A stretch of DNA of 64,000 nt from an uncultured Phycisphaerales bacterium (GCA_963758525.1 CAVWVQ010000003.1:2400001-2464000), one strand, 5' to 3'. Positions 52,433-61,867 are shown, numbered from the stretch's first letter. Notes: generated from the sequence alone by a model not told the origin. A program made the numbers and translations.

Positions 52433-53107
52433 TCAGAGTTTGTTTTCTCCGTCTCGGGGCCTGCGAGCAGTTTCGTCGAGCGTTGCGCCGGACGTCGGCG
52501 AGCTCAGGCAATCCGGGGACGGGAGGAGCCCGGAATCGATCGTCTGCATCACGCGTGGCCCGAGGACTCGCGCCGGATTTCCCGCGGCGACGACGCCGGT
52601 GGGAATGTCGCTGACGACCACCGCGCGGGCGCCGATGACGCTGTTATCCGCGATGCTCACGCCCGGCCCGAGAAACGCCTGCGCCGCGATCCACACACCA
52701 TGGCCAATTCGCACCGGTTCGCGCACCAGCGGCAGTTCGACGCGCGTGTAATCGTGCGTGCCGGCGCAGACATACGTCTGCTGGCTCACGATCGAATGCC
52801 GACCGATAGAGAACTCGCCGAGGTTATATATCTGCACGTCGTCGCCCAGCATGCTGAAGTCGTCCATGCGGAGCAGCCAGGGGTGCCAGATGCGGACGGA
52901 TCGCCGCACGCAGGAATTGACGCCCATTTTCGCGCCAAACCGGCGAAGCAGGAATCGTCGCCACCGATAAGCGCGCGGAAGGCTGAAGCGGAAGAACGTG
53001 ATCTCAATCAGATACCAGAGCATCCGCCCGGCGTACTGCCCGCGCGTCCAAGGCCGACTCGCGGAGCGGTCCAACCGCTGGAAGACATGCGGCGGCGTTG
53101 AGTTCAT
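52433..53107 (-). CDS. wcaF: WcaF-like hexapeptide acetyltransferase
   Basis: WRRFLLRRFGAK.G, IWHPWLL, IYNLG, VSQQTYVCAGTHDY, WIAAQAF.GPGV, AAGNPA. Confidence 0.85.
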   Translation of the reverse strand: MNSTPPHVFQRLDRSASRPWTRGQYAGRMLWYLIEITFFRFSLPRAYRWRRFLLRRFGAKMGVNSCVRRSVRIWHPWLLRMDDFSMLGDDVQIYNLGEFSIGRHSIVSQQTYVCAGTHDYTRVELPLVREPVRIGHGVWIAAQAFLGPGVSIADNSVIGARAVVVSDIPTGVVAAGNPARVLGPRVMQTIDSGLLPSPDCLSSPTSGATLDETARRPRDGENKL

Positions 53108-53261
53108 CGCGGTCTGCTCCAGGAATTGCTCCGGCGCGAAGTATATGGGGGCCGGTGTCACGGCAAAAGGAGCGGCCCTTGCCACCCGTCGAGCAGCTCG
53201 CGCGGCGAATGACATGATGGTGCAATGTGTCACCAACCCGCAAAACGGTATAAATGGAATT

Positions 53262-54230
53262 ATGTCATTGCCGGTCGCAGAGCCGACATCCCCTTCTCGC
53301 GTCACCGGGCGCGGCAGCGCCGCGGATTATCTGCGATTGACCCGCCCCACCGACTGGCTGAAGAATCTGCTGGTGCTCACGGCCCTGGTGTTCGGAAGCC
53401 GGCTGACGCTCTGGACCGATTTTCGCGCGGCTGCCGCGGCATCGCTGGCTTTCACTCTGCTTGCCGCCGGGTTTTACGCGATCAACGACGCGCTCGACCG
53501 CTTCAGCGATCGAGCCCACCCGCTCAAAAAGCACAGACCCGTCGCCGCGGGCGAGATCGCGTCAACGCGTGCGGTTTTATTTGGCGCCGGACTCATTTGC
53601 GCGGGACTGGCCGCTGGGTTTTTGCTTTCCGGCAAAGTCGGACTGGTCCTGATTCTCTACGCCCTGCTGCAGGCGATTTACAACGCCGGAATTAAACGCG
53701 TCCCCTTCTACGACGTTGCCGCACTTGCCGTCGGATTTGTCCTGCGCGCCGCGGCCGGCGCGGCGGCAATTCATACGCACATCAGCGTCTGGTTCATGTT
53801 GGGCGTCTATTTCCTTTGCCTGTATCTGGGTTTCATCAAGCGCATGGCCGACCTGACCACGGCAATGAACAACGGCGCCGTCAACTGGCACTCGCCCGCC
53901 GGCTACGACGACCTGACCGAATTGAACTGGAACGCCGCCGTCAGCGGGGCCCTGGCGGTTGGAACATATCTGTCCTATACGCTTTCCAACCACGCCCAGG
54001 TGATTTTTGGTTACAAGGCGCTGCTCTTTGCGCTGCTTTCCCCGCTGGTCATCCTGGCGATGCAGCGGCTGTATCGCCGTGCCCGTCAGGGCTGTTCGGA
54101 CCGGCCGCTTGATGCGTTCACGCAGGATGCAGGCTTTCGGATGTCGGTGCTGCTGTTCGTTGCGATAACGATTCTCATGTTGTACGAATCGCACGCGGGG
54201 CCGTGGCTTAGCAAATATCTGCTCAAATGA
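53262..54230 (+). CDS. UbiA-family decaprenyl-phosphate phosphoribosyltransferase-like protein
   Basis: RPTDWLKNLLV, YAINDALD..DRAHPLKKHRPVAAG, GFVLRA.AG, FIKR. Confidence 0.88.
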   Translation: MSLPVAEPTSPSRVTGRGSAADYLRLTRPTDWLKNLLVLTALVFGSRLTLWTDFRAAAAASLAFTLLAAGFYAINDALDRFSDRAHPLKKHRPVAAGEIASTRAVLFGAGLICAGLAAGFLLSGKVGLVLILYALLQAIYNAGIKRVPFYDVAALAVGFVLRAAAGAAAIHTHISVWFMLGVYFLCLYLGFIKRMADLTTAMNNGAVNWHSPAGYDDLTELNWNAAVSGALAVGTYLSYTLSNHAQVIFGYKALLFALLSPLVILAMQRLYRRARQGCSDRPLDAFTQDAGFRMSVLLFVAITILMLYESHAGPWLSKYLLK

Positions 54231-54296
54231 TTGCGTTACCGCGCTACGTGTGATCCTGCGGCGATACAAGTTCAGGGTATAGGGACGAGTTGCATC

Positions 54297-54353
54297 GCGG
54301 TGCAGGCTTCCAGCCTGCTTTTGCAACACCGGCAGGCTGGAAGGCCGCACCAC
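54297..54353. repeat. REP doublet (GGTGCAGGCTTCCAGCCTGC)
   Basis: Inverted arms at 54297-54318 and 54332-54353. Confidence 0.75.
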
Positions 54354-54440
54354 AAAGGGAACTCGCGATCACCCAGCGTGTGATTCGGATTCCGCGCTCC
54401 GTGATTTCGCCAATCGGATTGGGTTGGTTACGATCCTCTC

Positions 54441-54989
54441 ATGTCCGACAGCGCCTCCATCTATGCCCCCTGGCGGATGAGTTACATCCGCTCTCTCTCC
54501 AAGCCTGGGGGCGCGAGTTGTTTTCTTTGCGATGCGGTGGCCGCGACCAGCGACGCCGAGCGCCGCGATCGGCTGGTGCTCTGGACATCCGCTCACACCA
54601 TCGTGCTGCTCAACCGCTATCCCTACACCAATGGCCATCTGCTGGTCGCGCCGTGCGCGCACAAATCCGATCTGGAAGCCCTTAGCTCTGAAGAGCAGCT
54701 CGACCTGACGCAGCAAACCGCCAGCGCCGTCGCGCTGCTCAAGCAGGCGGTCAGCGCTCAGGGATTCAACATCGGCATCAACATCGGCCGTTGCGCCGGC
54801 GCCGGACTTCCGGACCATCTGCACCAGCACGTCGTTCCCCGCTGGGCCGGGGATGTGAATTTCATGCACGTTGTCGGAGAAGTGAGCGTCATCCCCGAAG
54901 CGATGTCGCAGTTGCACGCGGAGTTGCTTCGGGTATGGGAAGCTACGGTTCGGAGTCCGAATGTCGAGGCTCCGTCATTGGGGCTTTGA
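54441..54989 (+). CDS. HIT family hydrolase (Ap4A phosphorylase-like)
   Basis: APWRMSYI, CFLC, LNRYPYTNGHLLVAP, GFNIG.N.G..AGAG..HLHQHVVPRWAGD.NFM. Confidence 0.92.
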   Translation: MSDSASIYAPWRMSYIRSLSKPGGASCFLCDAVAATSDAERRDRLVLWTSAHTIVLLNRYPYTNGHLLVAPCAHKSDLEALSSEEQLDLTQQTASAVALLKQAVSAQGFNIGINIGRCAGAGLPDHLHQHVVPRWAGDVNFMHVVGEVSVIPEAMSQLHAELLRVWEATVRSPNVEAPSLGL

Positions 54990-55060
54990 AAACCATTACT
55001 GTCGCAACTCTCAGCAGTTGGGTGTAACTTTTATTTGTGGCGATTGCAGATTTTGCGATC

Positions 55061-55128
55061 GTAGGGCGGGATTCATCCCGCCGTTTTCTCAGCCGGCCAA
55101 CAAATCGGCGGGATGAATCCCGCCCTAC
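55061..55128. repeat. GTAG-type REP doublet
   Basis: Perfect 23-bp inverted repeat GTAGGGCGGGATTCATCCCGCCG. Confidence 0.9.
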
Positions 55129-55215
55129 TCGGAGCCGATCGCCACTTTCGAGCGCCACACCCCAGCAGTTCCCTTCTTTTGCGTTTTTGCCCTTACGCCC
55201 GTAATTTAACTGCCA

Positions 55216-55488
55216 ATGCAAGATTCCATCCGCAACAGTCTCCAGCCCGGCGCCCGCGTGCGGGTGACCCAGCAGATCGCGGCCCGCGACTACGCGTGGA
55301 GCAATGAAACGACCGGTGCCGTGGTTTCTTACGAGCAGAAGCCAACCGGCAGTTGGTACGCCCACGGGAAAGATGACAAGCTCTGGCTCGATCGCCTGAC
55401 CGTCCGCAAGCTGGACGGCGAGCTGACGACGCTGAATCTCGATGAATTCAGTAAGATCGAGATCCTGCCTGCAAAAACGGGCGCTTGA
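55216..55488 (+). CDS. Hypothetical protein (small beta-rich)
   Basis: LQPGARVRVTQQI..TGSWYAHGKDDKLWLDRL..DGELTTLNLD with good codon usage. Confidence 0.75.
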   Translation: MQDSIRNSLQPGARVRVTQQIAARDYAWSNETTGAVVSYEQKPTGSWYAHGKDDKLWLDRLTVRKLDGELTTLNLDEFSKIEILPAKTGA

Positions 55489-55491
55489 TCC

Positions 55492-55797
55492 ATGGCAGGG
55501 CGCGATTACATCGCCGCGATCAATGATCATGGATTCCACGTCGAACGGGGTGTTTTGAACGTCCGCCAGATTGACGAGCTGATTGAGGTCATCGAACGAA
55601 GCGCTTCGTCGGACGAGCCCCATGCAATGCGCAACATGCGTCCGCTTCTATTGCACGCATCGTCTGCTGCCAGCGTCCCGTTGCATCGGCGTGTGATTCA
55701 TCTGGAGTTCGCCGCTGCCATGCTCCCGCTCGGCCTCGAATGGCACGAAAGCATTCCCTTGCCCCCCAATTCCCCCCGGATAGAGTATCCCGCCTGA
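55492..55797 (+). pseudogene. Phytanoyl-CoA dioxygenase (PhyH) family relic with internal deletion
   Basis: N-terminus (INDHGFHVERGVL..HAMRN) is fused to the C-terminus (MRPLLLHASS..HRRVIHLEF..LEW). The HxD core is absent. Confidence 0.68.
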
Positions 55798-56360
55798 TGT
55801 CGAAACCGCAGAACGCATCGACGGGTCCAACGCTTTCGCCGACCGCGGTCGCCGCCGCCGGCTGGCTGCTGCCGGGGGCGGGATATTGGCTTGTCGGACA
55901 GCGCGGCCGGGCAATCACGGTGGGCGTCACCATCATCATCCTCTTCGTTGCCGGGCTGCTCATCGGCGGGGTACGCGCGCTGGAAGTGCCCGGCTATGGG
56001 ACGCACGGGCAGCGCATCAACGTCTCGATCTATCGCGACCGCCGAAATCGAATCGTCGAAACCAGCGGCGATGATCTCTCCGACGAAAATGGCATCTGGG
56101 TGATCCGCGCACATCCCCTCGACGAAATACGCAACAAGCCCTGGTCGATTGCGCAGGTGATGACCGGGCCAATCAGCATCGCGGCGGCGTACAGTTCCGT
56201 CGCCGCGTCAGCGCGTTCCGGGCCGGGCGGTGCGCCGCTGGGTGCCAAATCGCACGCCCGTGTCAATGAGATCGGCGTGCTTTACACGGCGGTGGCGGGG
56301 ATGCTGAATTTGCTGGCCATGATCGACGCGGCACATCGCGCCACGCAGGAGGCGCTGTGA
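55797..56360 (+). CDS. DUF6677-like membrane protein
   Basis: AGWLLPGAGYW.VG.RGR ... EIGVLYTAVAGMLNLLAMIDA. Confidence 0.75.
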   Translation: MSKPQNASTGPTLSPTAVAAAGWLLPGAGYWLVGQRGRAITVGVTIIILFVAGLLIGGVRALEVPGYGTHGQRINVSIYRDRRNRIVETSGDDLSDENGIWVIRAHPLDEIRNKPWSIAQVMTGPISIAAAYSSVAASARSGPGGAPLGAKSHARVNEIGVLYTAVAGMLNLLAMIDAAHRATQEAL

Positions 56361-56605
56361 TTGTTCTCGCGTGGATTCCATTTCTTCAGCCGCTCCCCTT
56401 CGCGTGGCACGACGGCGTCTGGCCGTTTCTAATGCTGCCGCTCTGCATTGCGGTGGCAGTGGTCTATAAATCGATCAAGTGCGAATTCATGTCGCAGGTT
56501 CCTCGCCAGGCCGCCGAGATCACGCTCTGGATTCTCTTTGGCATGGGCAGCGCCGCCGTCGCCCTCGCCGGCATCGTCAAGAGCGTCGAGATGTGGCGCA
56601 GCTGA
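56357..56605 (+). CDS. Small membrane protein
   Basis: GTGA overlap with the previous gene. PF..P..W..LMLPLCIAVAVVYKSIK; two TM helices. Confidence 0.75.
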   Translation: MIVLAWIPFLQPLPFAWHDGVWPFLMLPLCIAVAVVYKSIKCEFMSQVPRQAAEITLWILFGMGSAAVALAGIVKSVEMWRS

Positions 56606-56684
56606 ACTAGATCTGAACCCTGACGCCCTGAACCCTGACCCCTCGCTGGCTCTTTACCGGCTCTTTCCGTACTAATACTCCGGC

Positions 56685-57248
56685 ATGAATCTTGTGCTGC
56701 TCGGCGGACTGATCGGCGGATCTCTTTTTTTGATGTGGCTGGAGCGGCGCGGACTGCGCACGACACTGGCGCTGAATTTCAAGGGCGACGTCAAACGCGA
56801 GAGCCGCTGGGCGGCGCAGTACGGCCAGGCCGCGTGCACGGCGGTGGCCGTGGTGCTGATCTGGCAGCTCGATCCTCCCCGGCGTCCAGCCGCGCTGGCG
56901 CTGATCGCCGCAAGCGCGGCGACATCGATCCTTTCGATGATCGTGAAGCGATTGCTCGGCCGCGTGCGACCGGGCCGTCCCGAGGCCGGCCGGTTTCTGG
57001 GACCATCGTGGCGTCACGCGAATTTTCGCGAGAGCTTTCCATCCAGTCACAGCGCCAACGCAGTGACGCTCACGGTCTTTCTCGCGTTTTTGTATCCGCC
57101 GGCGGCTATGGTCTTCTGGGCCCTGGCGCTGCTCTGCGCGACCTTGCGATACTTGCTCGATGCCCACTGGCCCAGCGACGTGCTTGGGGGCATTGCCCTC
57201 GGGTATGCCGTGACGTATGAAACGATCCTGCTGTTGAAAGTGCATTGA
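56685..57248 (+). CDS. PAP2-family phosphatase
   Basis: KRLLGRVRP, SFPSSHS, RYLLDAHWPSDVLGG. Confidence 0.92.
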   Translation: MNLVLLGGLIGGSLFLMWLERRGLRTTLALNFKGDVKRESRWAAQYGQAACTAVAVVLIWQLDPPRRPAALALIAASAATSILSMIVKRLLGRVRPGRPEAGRFLGPSWRHANFRESFPSSHSANAVTLTVFLAFLYPPAAMVFWALALLCATLRYLLDAHWPSDVLGGIALGYAVTYETILLLKVH

Positions 57249-57892
57249 TGTCGCTCAATTGGGACATCGCGCAGGTCGCCGACCGGCTCGGCGAAGCGCT
57301 GGCCGCCGCCGAGAGCGAGCTGCGCCTCGAGCAGGCGGTTTACGGACTGGACACGCGCGACGAACGCTCGCTGCAGACCCTTCTGGCCGAACGATTGTCC
57401 GCGCATTACAGCGTCGCGCGCGAAGTGCATTATCCGTCGAGCTTCGGAAAAAAACTGACGCATCGCATGCGCTGCGATCTGGTGCTCGCTCCGATTGGCA
57501 AACCGCTCCGGCTCGACACGACGCCGCCGACGCTCTTCGATCCTCCCGTGTTCTGCGAGCCCGGCGAGGCGCTCTGGCTGGAGGTCAAAGTCGCCTATCA
57601 ATATCGCGAGGGCAACGTCCGCCATACCGGATACGGCGCTCAGTGGCGCGCCGCGATCGTCGAAGACCTTCGCAAGATGGAGGCCGAACCCCACATTCAC
57701 GAGGCCGCGCTGGTGCTGATTGTCTTCAACGAATCCGACTCCGTGCTGGAGAAGGATCTCGAACTGTTTGAAGACATCCTCGTCAGGAAGGAGGTCCTCG
57801 CGGGATTCCGGCAGGTCCGCAAAGTGCCGCTTCTCGATCGCATCGGGCACAAGCTCTGCACGGTCTCCGTGTGGCCCACGATTCAAAGGTGA
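57248..57892 (+). CDS. Hypothetical protein with PD-(D/E)XK-like motifs
   Basis: TGATG coupling. Motifs REVHYP, RCDLVL, WLEVK. Confidence 0.7.
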   Translation: MSLNWDIAQVADRLGEALAAAESELRLEQAVYGLDTRDERSLQTLLAERLSAHYSVAREVHYPSSFGKKLTHRMRCDLVLAPIGKPLRLDTTPPTLFDPPVFCEPGEALWLEVKVAYQYREGNVRHTGYGAQWRAAIVEDLRKMEAEPHIHEAALVLIVFNESDSVLEKDLELFEDILVRKEVLAGFRQVRKVPLLDRIGHKLCTVSVWPTIQR

Positions 57893-57917
57893 TCCGGAGC
57901 AGTTATTACTTCCGCGG

Positions 57918-57972
57918 TTAGCCGCGACGCGCAGCGGAGCGCTTGCGGACTCGACAACTGCGTCGTGGCTAA
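57918..57972. repeat. Degenerate REP hairpin, family of 6667-6784
   Basis: TTAGCCGCGACGCGCAGCGGAGCGC ... TGCGTCGTGGCTAA. Confidence 0.7.
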
Positions 57973-57995
57973 GCAAAAACATTAGTCGCGCACGG

Positions 57996-58687
57996 TCATT
58001 TGGGCCTTTCCCCCTGCGACTGCGGCGTCCCTTGATCCAGCATCTCCATGCGCTCCAGATACGGAACCGACCGCATAGTTCCCACCGCCTGCAGGCGATG
58101 AATCACGTCGGAAACTTCCTTCGTCCAGCTTTGAACGTCGCGCAGCTCGGAAATGATCTGCCCGGCGTTCGCCGGCGGATTGCGAATCAGATCTTCCAGC
58201 GTGACCATCACCGCCTGCATCGGCTGACTGAGCTGATGACAGGCTTCTCCCAATGCCTGAATCAGCACGCGTTGCCGATCGGCTTCGGTCAGCAGGCGGA
58301 CGCTGCGCTGAATGCGCAGGGCCACGCCGATGCGCCAAGCAACACCGGAAAGATGATCGGTTTGACCACATAATCGTTGGCGCCGGCGTCGAGGCCGCGC
58401 ACGATGTCGTCGGACTCGCCCAGGGCCGTGACGAGAATGACGGGCAGCGTATCGTGCGTAAAGCGCTTGCGGATTTCCCGGACAACTTCCATGCCGGACG
58501 CCCCCGGCATCTGAATATCCAGCAGGGCCAGGTCGGGGGCTTGTTTTTCGAGGGCGGCAAGACACGACCTGCCGTCAGCAACCGCCTCGACGGCAAACCC
58601 GCTTTTGGCGAGCCGGCGCACCAGCATATCGCGGCTGAGCTCCTCGTCTTCGGCTACCAGAATTCGCGGGGGCTCGCTCATCACCAT
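57996..58687 (-). CDS. Response regulator receiver + HisKA/DHp-like helix pair (frameshift near 58335)
   Basis: ILVAEDE, PDLALLDIQMP, LPVILVTA, GANDYVVKP, then ACHQLSQPMQAV H-box. No HATPase domain. Confidence 0.82.
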
Positions 58688-58707
58688 GGAGTGCACGTGC
58701 CGGCAAT

Positions 58708-59636
58708 TCAATTACTCAGTCGGCGCCCGCAAAGCCCCTCAAGCACCTTCAGCGGAGAACTCTGAGGCGTCACCATCGCCTCGATCGGCACGATAAACGT
58801 CTGCTCCAGCGCAAACTGGCCCGACATCACCGCGTGCGGCACGGTGTCAGTATAGACCAGCCATGTCGAAAATGGAGGAAACTCGATTCGCTGCCTCTCC
58901 CAGTTCTTTTGAAAATCGTCGTTCTCTTTCAGATAGTCATGGAAGTGCAGCATGAACTTGTCGTAAGGAGACCGATCGGGAACGCCGACGATTTTGAGCA
59001 GTGGTGACAAGCCGCGCCGCAGCGGGCGCAACGGGGAGGCGGCCTGTTTCGCGAAGCGGTCCAGGCCCGCCTGGGCGCGAGGCGCTGGGCGATCTTCTCG
59101 AATGGACCGATGACTTCCCAGATGCGCGGCACCGTTGGATTGATATTGGTGAACACGCGCAGGATGCGCGCTCCATTCGTCGGGCGGGTTGGAAACGCAT
59201 CGACATGGGCCAGATCGTTACGCTTGTGCAATGGAAGATCGCGCCCCTGCTCCTCCACGGGACGAAAACTGGCGTAATCCAGCTTCCACTTGTCGGCGTA
59301 AGGCTTCAGAAAGCCGCGCAGAAACTCGGTGACGGTGCGCGAGTAATTGCGCATGAGTTCCTGCAGCCGGGCGGTTTCGGCCGGGTCGTCACCAGACGCG
59401 CCGCGCAGCACGTCCGGCACCGGCCGGTAGGAAACGTTCTTGTGATGGCGGAACCCGCTCTGCTTTTGCGAGAGAAGAAACTGCCGATCGTCCTCGGGAA
59501 AACTAAAGGGGATATTGGGAAAGTAAAGAATCTGCCCTTGCTCCAGCCGGCTGCAATATTCGCGGGCCTGGACATTGGGGTCTGCGGCGATCCATCCAGC
59601 GGGATATGAATAGTCGGAAATTTCCGTCCATGTCAT
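58708..59636 (-). CDS. Kdo hydroxylase (KdoO) family dioxygenase (frameshift near 59070)
   Basis: LEQGQILYFP, HKNVSY, ASFRP, HVDAFPTRPTNGARILRVFTNINP, RSPYDKFMLHFHDYLK, TWLVYTD.VPHAVMSGQFALEQTF. Confidence 0.88.
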
Positions 59637-59761
59637 GCAGGCAACCTCCTCATGAGAGAGATTGTCTGATGGAAGAGTCCTGTTGCCAATATTCAGGATA
59701 GACATTGCCGCCGTGACTTCCGAATTTCATTAGTCGCGTTCGTTGCGAGCAGCGACATCCT

Positions 59762-61780
59762 GTGTCGACTCGCGTATTTTGGAATGCGCGTATCTGGAAT
59801 GCCTTCATTCGGGCGGCTTGGGGCGATATAGTCACTGAAGTGACGCGAGGATCCAGAATTGCGGTTTTGTCGGCGTTTACCGCCGTCGCATTTTTGGCAT
59901 CTCTGGGACATCGCGATATCGCAACCAGCCACGAAGCCCGCGTGGCCCAGACTGCGCGCGAAATGGCCGTCACGGGTTGGCCCTTGTCGGCGCGGAAGGT
60001 GAACGCCCCGCCGGTCGCGCTGACCAGCATTCGTGGCATGGTCCGGCTCACGCCCGATCTTCTGGCGGAGCCGATCGCGGTCAATAGCTGGGCTGTCCCC
60101 CTTCTCAACGGCGAAATCCGCCTGCAAAAGCCGCCGCTTCCCTACTGGTGCGCGGCGATTCTCTTTCGGCTGTTTGGTTTCAGCGAAGCCGCCGCCCGTT
60201 TTACTCCAGCACTGATGGGCTCACTGGCGACGATCTTTGTATACGACCTGACTCGCATGCTGCTGGGCCGCTGGAAGGCGAGACTTGCCGCGCTCGTCTG
60301 GATCACCACTCTTTTCATCCCTGAAGAATTTCGCAAGGCGATGGCAGATCCGTATCTGGCGTTCTTCACGCTCGTCTGCATCTGGGCATGGATTAAGGCC
60401 GCCAAGATCGCGCGCGACGGGCGCAGTGCGCAAAACGATCCCCGGTCGGCGCCTCTGTGCGTCGTCATCTTCTACGTATCTCTCGCTTTGGGAATCCTTG
60501 CGAAAGGGCCGCCGCTTTTTTTGCACATCGGCATCGCTCTCGCTGCGTTTCACTATTGTTATCGCTGGCCGTTGCCGCGCGGGTTGGGCGGCCATCTCAT
60601 CGGACTGACGGCTCTGGCGCTCATCGCCCTCCCCTGGCCGATCTACGTCATCCGGCACATCCCCCATGCCGTCGATCTGTGGCGCTATGAATCGGTTGGC
60701 GAGCTTTCGGATAACGTCGAGAATGCCCGCCCGCTATGGTTCTACGCGCCCAACGTCGTCTTCATCGCCCTCCCCTGGGCAGCAGCATGGATCGCCGGCT
60801 TCATCGTGCCGCTGCGGCGCGCCAGGAATTCGAGGGTGAGCCGCTCTTCCCCCCTTCCCTGGTACTCCGCGGGAGGGTCGGGGTCGGGGCCGGGGCCGAG
60901 ATTGGAAACAGCGCAGACGTCCAAGACCCAGCAGGACCAGGAGAGTGAAGGACCCGCTTCAGTGCTCAGTCTCCAAGGATTTCCGCTACGTGCCTCTACC
61001 CGAGGCCGGCGGCTTTTCCCGATGATCTGGTTTGCCGCCACCGTCATCTTTTTTTCCTTAGTGCATCTCAAGAAGAATCCCTATCTCCTCCCCGCCGCTC
61101 CCGCGCAAACGCTGCTGATCGTTGAAGGGCTTGCCGCCGCGCTTGCGGTCGCCCGGCGTGCGCGCGGCTGGACCTGGGGCGGCGGAATTCTCGCCGCCCA
61201 GACCGCGATCGGAATCGCCGGATGCATCTTCGTTCTCATCGCCCTGCGCGTCGCTGCGCCACCGGCCTATCGCCATTTTGCAATGACGATCTGTGCCTTG
61301 GCCGTCTGTTGCTGGACGATCGTCGTTCTTCAATTACGAAACCCGATGGCGTGGGTCTGGTGGCAGGCAAGCGGGTATCTGCTTCTCATTCTGGGCGTGA
61401 TGCTGACGCTGGAGACAAGAATCGACAACGCCCGCTCCGCCAAGTCGCTTTGCGCCGAGTTGGCACTGCACGCCGAGGCCCCCGACACCGCCATCTTGCG
61501 AGCGCGATTGCCCGAAGAAGTCGCTGTCTATCTGCCGCTCAAGGAAGAGCCAGCCCTGGCACGGCACGTCCTGGTGGTCGTGGATGATCAGTTTGCGGCG
61601 CGCGAGCGTGTCAAAACGCATGTCCCACCGCCGATTCCGTCTCCCGAACATTTCGATAGCAGCTTTCCCGACGGCCGCGTTCTTTTTGTCGATCGCATCC
61701 CGATGAAGACTGCCCCCGGCGACGCGCGATGGAAGGTCTACGATCTGACCGTCGAGCGGTTGCGTTACGCAGCGAGATGA
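59762..61780 (+). CDS. ArnT-like (GT83) membrane glycosyltransferase
   Basis: HEARVAQTAREM, W.VP.LNGE.RLQKPPLPYW, EAAAR, LAKGP, RPLWFY, KKNPYLLP. True start may be near 59840. Confidence 0.87.
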   Translation: MSTRVFWNARIWNAFIRAAWGDIVTEVTRGSRIAVLSAFTAVAFLASLGHRDIATSHEARVAQTAREMAVTGWPLSARKVNAPPVALTSIRGMVRLTPDLLAEPIAVNSWAVPLLNGEIRLQKPPLPYWCAAILFRLFGFSEAAARFTPALMGSLATIFVYDLTRMLLGRWKARLAALVWITTLFIPEEFRKAMADPYLAFFTLVCIWAWIKAAKIARDGRSAQNDPRSAPLCVVIFYVSLALGILAKGPPLFLHIGIALAAFHYCYRWPLPRGLGGHLIGLTALALIALPWPIYVIRHIPHAVDLWRYESVGELSDNVENARPLWFYAPNVVFIALPWAAAWIAGFIVPLRRARNSRVSRSSPLPWYSAGGSGSGPGPRLETAQTSKTQQDQESEGPASVLSLQGFPLRASTRGRRLFPMIWFAATVIFFSLVHLKKNPYLLPAAPAQTLLIVEGLAAALAVARRARGWTWGGGILAAQTAIGIAGCIFVLIALRVAAPPAYRHFAMTICALAVCCWTIVVLQLRNPMAWVWWQASGYLLLILGVMLTLETRIDNARSAKSLCAELALHAEAPDTAILRARLPEEVAVYLPLKEEPALARHVLVVVDDQFAARERVKTHVPPPIPSPEHFDSSFPDGRVLFVDRIPMKTAPGDARWKVYDLTVERLRYAAR

Positions 61781-61867
61781 ATCTGCAAAACGGACGGACC
61801 GGCTTTAGGGCCCGCGCACGAATAACTTGCTCAAATAATTTCGAAGTTAGCGGAGGGCGATTCCCCT

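Noticed and set aside
56613..56643. CTGAACCCTGA short direct repeats
   Set aside because: Only two or three degenerate units. Likely a minor simple repeat with no supportable function.
5760..59636. Many split genes (isomerase, GH88, TPR-C39, PaaK, trtA, GT-Cs, xylB, ligase, response regulator, kdoO) as pseudogenes or programmed frameshifts
   Set aside because: These are single-base indels, several in G/C homopolymers, that hit even housekeeping genes with no other decay. Long-read consensus error is the simplest explanation.
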